NCBI GenBank assembly: GCA_047150005.1 | Contig: AP038806.1 | Span: 352,001-416,000, forward strand | Length of the DNA stretch: 64,000 nucleotides | DNA from: Nitrospira sp. | GTDB lineage: Bacteria; Nitrospirota; Nitrospiria; Nitrospirales; Nitrospiraceae | Direction of reading: 5' to 3' | Shown here: positions 59,905-64,000 of the stretch, piece by piece | Position numbering within the stretch: position 1 is the stretch's first letter | Layout: each line of letters begins with the position of its first letter | Notes under the pieces: model-generated | Database searches by the model: none | Told to the model about the DNA's origin: nothing | The model's input: the letters and a program-made list of their open reading frames with translations, nothing else | Translations under genes and position numbers: made by a program

Positions 59905-60510
59905 ATGAGCGAATCACCGTCACCAGGTAGCTCGGAAACACTTGCCGACCAGCGTGCTGGTCCAGGCATTGTGGTGCTGTCTGCATCCATGCAGCTCTTG
60001 CATATGAATCGTCAGGCTTCGGAATTGGCAAGACAGATCAATCTTGCCGACCATGGAGGAAACAGTTCACGACCAGCCCAAGGCGTACTTCCATCTGTGT
60101 TGACAGAGCTTTGTGGAGAGATTGTCAAAGCGCTCCACATTCGCACCGAGGCAAAAGACTGGGAACAATTTGAGATTAAGCGGGTTACTGGCAACCCTGA
60201 GCAACCAGTACTTCTTCGAGGATTCGGATTGCCAGATCGGGGTGGGGTCCAGTTCGCAAGGCTTGTCGTTACATTAGAGGAATTGGGACGCCGACAACAG
60301 CTGAATACTGATCAAGCAAAAGAGAAGTTCCAGTTAACAAATCGTGAACAGGCGGTCATTGAGCATCTTGCAAAAGGCTGGACGAATAAGGAGATTGCAA
60401 ATGCTCTCCAAATCACCGAACAGACCGTTAAGGAACATATTAAGCATATTATGAGAAAGACCAATGCCACAACGCGGACCGGTATTCTTGTCCAGATCTT
60501 CAACTCCTAG
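59905..60510 (+). CDS. LuxR-family HTH regulator with PAS-like N-terminus
   Basis: LTNREQAVIEHLAKGWTNKEIANALQITEQTVKEHIKHIMRK. Confidence 0.9.
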   Translation: MSESPSPGSSETLADQRAGPGIVVLSASMQLLHMNRQASELARQINLADHGGNSSRPAQGVLPSVLTELCGEIVKALHIRTEAKDWEQFEIKRVTGNPEQPVLLRGFGLPDRGGVQFARLVVTLEELGRRQQLNTDQAKEKFQLTNREQAVIEHLAKGWTNKEIANALQITEQTVKEHIKHIMRKTNATTRTGILVQIFNS

Positions 60511-60670
60511 ACTAGCTTTTCACTTACATTGTTGAGTGTGTTGTATTAAAAATGCAATGGTGCGTTATTCACGCCACATTGTTTCAACTGTGAGGAATGT
60601 ATTTTGATTTGTTTTACAATTGGTTAGGAGATTCTATCCTCGGCGCATCGATTGCAATCCTTGGTTGGGT

Positions 60671-61156
60671 ATGAAGAAGGCGTTGTTAATTCTCATGGGG
60701 CTATCCGTCCTGACGATAGTAGGATGTCAGACGTCTAACCAGGCGAGGGAAGGTGACAACAGTAGCTTCTCAGCCCTCTGGCAAACCTATTCCCAGTGCA
60801 ACAGTGGGGGCAACATCGATCAACTCAGCCGTGATGCTCTAATTTTGAGAACTGCTGCAAATCGCTCAATTTCTCAGGACGGATTTGTGATACCGCTACC
60901 TGTCAAGCTTGAGCGGCTTGTCTCCGCACCTTCGGCTCGCCTTGCTGTCGATGTAAAGGCGATGGCTGCATCCTGTTCGCTACGTGCGGGGCAAGCGGCT
61001 GCTCAAATCGGCCAGATCGAAGTCGCTCGATCGCTTTTCGAGAGCGTCCTAGAGTATAGGCCTCAAGCTGATTATGCCTATTACTCCTTGCAAGCGAAGG
61101 CCGCGCTTTTGAACCTCGATAATCCTGCCATTGCGGTCTCTCTATATCTCCACTAA
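60671..61156 (+). CDS. Hypothetical lipoprotein
   Basis: MKKALLILMGLSVLTIVG-C lipobox; start moved to ATG 60671. Confidence 0.7.
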   Translation: MKKALLILMGLSVLTIVGCQTSNQAREGDNSSFSALWQTYSQCNSGGNIDQLSRDALILRTAANRSISQDGFVIPLPVKLERLVSAPSARLAVDVKAMAASCSLRAGQAAAQIGQIEVARSLFESVLEYRPQADYAYYSLQAKAALLNLDNPAIAVSLYLH

Positions 61157-61166
61157 GTTCTTGTTT

Positions 61167-62678
61167 TCACCTTATTTCTGAACCGATCTCTTCGACCAAA
61201 CTCACAAAAAGTTCCTCATAGCATCGTGCGCTCCTTGCCCACGATACGTCAGTTTTCATACCTCTCCGGACCATATTGCTCCACAACGCTGGGCGTCCAT
61301 ACGCCCTGACCGCCTTATGCACGGCATCGACCACAGCATCAGCCGTCGGTACCACGATGTGAAAACCCGTTGCTCTATCTGAGTTCGAGCCATCGCTGCC
61401 CAATGGCGCTACGGTATCGACTAACCCTCCCGTTTTGGTCACAATGGGCACCGTTCCGTACCGCAAGCTGTACAGCTGACTCAAGCCACAGGGCTCGTAG
61501 CGCGAAGGCATGAGAAATATATCGGCCCCACCTTCGATTCGATGAGCTAGCCCTTCATCAAATCCTATGCGCAACGCCATGCGATCTGGAAATCGATCTC
61601 GCATCTTCGCAAGACTCGATTCATGCGCGGGATCTCCAGTTCCCAAGACCACCAACTGCAAATCAAAATCCATAAGCCGAGGAATTGCTGCCTCCACTAG
61701 ATCGAGCCCCTTTTGCGAGGTTAAACGAGCAATGACTGCAAGCAGCGGCACTGCCTTTCTGGGCAACCCTAATTCCTCCTGGAGCGCCTGCTTGCACTGC
61801 AGCTTACCGGTTCGATTGTCCGCCGAATACCGGACGGGAAGATGTGGATCCGTCTCAGGATTCCAAACGCCAACATCAATTCCGTTGATGATCCCCTGCA
61901 CCTTTTCTCGCCTTGCCTGCAGCACGCCTTCCAATCCGAAACCAAACTCCGGAGTGAGGATTTCCTCGGCATAGGTAGGACTGACCGTTGTCAACCGATC
62001 GGCAAAGAGTATTCCCCCCTTCAGCAAATTCACTGATCCGTAAAATTCGAGGCCCTCCAGGGTAAACAGCGCCTGTGGAAGGCCCGTATGCCAGAATTTC
62101 GCAGCCGGGAAAATCCCCTGATATCCGACGTTGTGCAGCGTGAGTACCGTTTTGGTCCTCTGAACCTCCGGCCTGATGCTGTCGAGTGTCTTGAGATACA
62201 CGGCGCAGAGAGCGGTCTGCCAATCATGAAGATGCAAGACGTCTGTTCTCCAACCTTTCTGACGATGGAGATAGGCCATCACTTCGATCACCGCTCGCGA
62301 AAACCAAGCGAATCGTTCAAGGTTGTCTTCAAAATCCCTCCCCTGTTCCTGGTAGAGGCCTGAGCGGCCAAAAAGGAACTCGTGCCGTAACGCCCAGACT
62401 CGTACCGGTAACTGGCCGGATGTTGAGACGATGTCCTCCTCAATCGTTACTTCGCTTGCACCAAGAGGAGTGTGAAACGGAACACGTGCGAGCATATGGA
62501 AGGTTCGCCCTGAATTATCTAAGCTGCGATACCGAGGCAAGATGAGGATGACGCTATGACCCAGCTTGGCCAGTTCGGCCGGTAATGCTCCTGCGACATC
62601 GGCAAGCCCCCCGGTCTTAGCATAGGGGACAGCTTCGGACGCAGCCATCAAGAGATTCAGCGGGTGAGGTTGTTTCAC
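61167..62678 (-). CDS. glgA: Glycogen synthase
   Basis: KTGGLADV, HDWQT, HNVGYQG, RLTSQKG, PSRYEPCGLSQ, TGGLVDTV. Confidence 0.96.
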   Translation of the reverse strand: MKQPHPLNLLMAASEAVPYAKTGGLADVAGALPAELAKLGHSVILILPRYRSLDNSGRTFHMLARVPFHTPLGASEVTIEEDIVSTSGQLPVRVWALRHEFLFGRSGLYQEQGRDFEDNLERFAWFSRAVIEVMAYLHRQKGWRTDVLHLHDWQTALCAVYLKTLDSIRPEVQRTKTVLTLHNVGYQGIFPAAKFWHTGLPQALFTLEGLEFYGSVNLLKGGILFADRLTTVSPTYAEEILTPEFGFGLEGVLQARREKVQGIINGIDVGVWNPETDPHLPVRYSADNRTGKLQCKQALQEELGLPRKAVPLLAVIARLTSQKGLDLVEAAIPRLMDFDLQLVVLGTGDPAHESSLAKMRDRFPDRMALRIGFDEGLAHRIEGGADIFLMPSRYEPCGLSQLYSLRYGTVPIVTKTGGLVDTVAPLGSDGSNSDRATGFHIVVPTADAVVDAVHKAVRAYGRPALWSNMVRRGMKTDVSWARSARCYEELFVSLVEEIGSEIR

Positions 62679-62701
62679 GAGAAGCCTGCAAGAATCCTGG
62701 G

Positions 62702-63160
62702 CTAGGGGGCAGAGGGGCTCTCAAGCCGGGAACGATACCGGTCTTCCATCTTCCAATCTCGTCCTAACGCATGCAGCTGTGCTGCACTAAGTGCCTCCTT
62801 GTAGACCAATTGTTCATCCAAGAATACCAAGAGCCAGCCACGATCGGGATAAGCGAGGAACAAGGCTTCGCCTGCCTCGACACCAGCGTCCCACCCTTTA
62901 GGAGCTTCTCCAATGGCCACACGAGACCGTGGAACGAACGCTCCGCTCTTCATGACGAAAAACTGCATAAACTCGACTCGTTGATAGGTCGGCAGTCCCC
63001 ACACTCCGGCAAACGCTCGAGGTGTCAGTTGATGAAGAGGCAACTCGTTATTCCTAATATGCTGCTCCTGCTCAACCAAGGGCAACGTACCGCCACATCC
63101 CGCGAAAATGCCGAGCAGGCAGATCACCAGCGCCCCCGGCCAAACCTCAGAGGATCTCAC
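62702..63160 (-). CDS. Hypothetical lipoprotein
   Basis: Lipobox-like IFAG-C; GTG start overlaps the upstream TGA. Confidence 0.65.
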   Translation of the reverse strand: MRSSEVWPGALVICLLGIFAGCGGTLPLVEQEQHIRNNELPLHQLTPRAFAGVWGLPTYQRVEFMQFFVMKSGAFVPRSRVAIGEAPKGWDAGVEAGEALFLAYPDRGWLLVFLDEQLVYKEALSAAQLHALGRDWKMEDRYRSRLESPSAP

Positions 63161-63513
63161 AATAGTCTCCGGCTTCGGGGTTCGGTCGGCTTGACCGGCT
63201 GGCACAAGTCGCACTGACAGAGCCTTCTCAGCAGGTGATAAGAATAAATCCCGGTGTCGTGACCGTCACTCCACTTGAACTGCAGGGCATACCGCCCCAC
63301 CGATTCAATGTCCTGTAGCATGATCAGGAGAGGCACATCGTCCGCCTTCAGCCTTCGTTCTCCCGTCCACTCATCCACACAGGCCGCGCAGGGGCATTGT
63401 TGCCGCAGATATCGAACGGGATATACCGCGCGATGTCCATCGCTCCATTCTATGCCAAGCACCCCCTTGTCGATCCAAGACATGTCCTTGGGCTCAAGCA
63501 CTGCTTCCGCCAT
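63157..63513 (-). CDS. DUF971 / GBBH-like N-terminal domain protein
   Basis: IEWSDGH, LRQQCPCAAC, VGRYALQFKWSDGHDTGIYSY. Confidence 0.88.
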   Translation of the reverse strand: MAEAVLEPKDMSWIDKGVLGIEWSDGHRAVYPVRYLRQQCPCAACVDEWTGERRLKADDVPLLIMLQDIESVGRYALQFKWSDGHDTGIYSYHLLRRLCQCDLCQPVKPTEPRSRRLL

Positions 63514-63544
63514 GGTATCTACCTTCCTCCGTCAGCAGGCCCTC

Positions 63545-64000
63545 TCACACGGGCTGCGAGAGAAAATTAACAGGAGGGAGTCGTTTGCCGACTACAACCG
63601 TGACATATCCTTCAATGGCCTCCTCAACCTCGGATCTGACCTGGCCTCCTGCTTTCAATCTGGTGATCATCGCCGGGGCCAACCGAAGTGCCTGCTGGAG
63701 GAATGCCAGGCTTCCGCGTGAAAGGGGCACACAATGAAACTGCTGTCGTGTCGCGCACGTCGCGCACACCAAGCCACCGGAAACGGGAGAAAACTGGGAT
63801 TCTGGAATCGTTCGCCCCCGTCCGCAAGCTGAGCAGTGGTCCGTCTGTGGACGGAATCCCGTCAGCCCGAGCAACCGGATCTGAAACAACAGCGCCGTCA
63901 ACGCAGGATCTTCGCTCACTGCGAGCGAATACAACCCCTGTTCGAGCGTTTCAAAGAGTTGTGGATCAGGATCTCCATCAGGCGTGATGGCGGCAACGAC
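63545..64000 (-). CDS. recO: DNA repair protein RecO, 3' part (5' end beyond the window)
   Basis: PDGDPDPQLFETL...FQIRLLGLTGFRP...CSACG...FSPVSGGLVCATC zinc finger. Confidence 0.85.
   Translation of the reverse strand, partial: VVAAITPDGDPDPQLFETLEQGLYSLAVSEDPALTALLFQIRLLGLTGFRPQTDHCSACGRGRTIPESQFSPVSGGLVCATCATRQQFHCVPLSRGSLAFLQQALRLAPAMITRLKAGGQVRSEVEEAIEGYVTVVVGKRLPPVNFLSQPV

Noticed and set aside
1..64000. CRISPR arrays, rRNA, tRNA, prophage or defence genes
   Set aside because: None recognised by eye and intergenic gaps are short; a covariance-model scan was not possible.

Overview
Almost the whole window (1 to about 59.6 kb, minus strand) is one co-oriented cell-surface/exopolysaccharide biosynthesis locus of the PEP-CTERM/XrtA-associated type. 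A Nitrospira-like source is inferred from gene order and protein style and is not verified. Read 5'->3' on the minus strand, it begins with a PilZ protein and an RfaH-like NusG paralog followed by a consensus ops element. Next come two short OPX/Wza proteins, an outer-membrane beta-barrel, Wzc, a priming sugar transferase and Wzm/Wzt. After these come about a dozen glycosyltransferases and an unusually large set of tailoring genes: 3 deacetylases, 5 methyltransferases (one pseudogene, one IS-truncated), 2 MBOAT/SGNH pairs, a DltA/DltC-like adenylation+ACP pair, a carbamoyltransferase, SxtJ- and SxtK(DUF5989)-like proteins, FemAB-like, ATP-grasp, AsnB and HAD-UbiA. The best candidate for a new system is an MBOAT whose C-terminus is a fused copy of the 50-aa SxtK/DUF5989 peptide encoded separately in the same locus. 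Both end in a DltX-like F-x-Y-x-x-F motif, which suggests SxtK-like peptides are tyrosine acyl/carbamoyl shuttles for trans-membrane polymer modification. An intact IS5-family element truncates a methyltransferase, and a deleted relative of it keeps its promoter pointing into the Dlt-like module. The right end carries a LuxR-type regulator, two lipoproteins, glgA, a DUF971 protein and the 3' part of recO. All family assignments come from motif recognition by eye, with no database searches.
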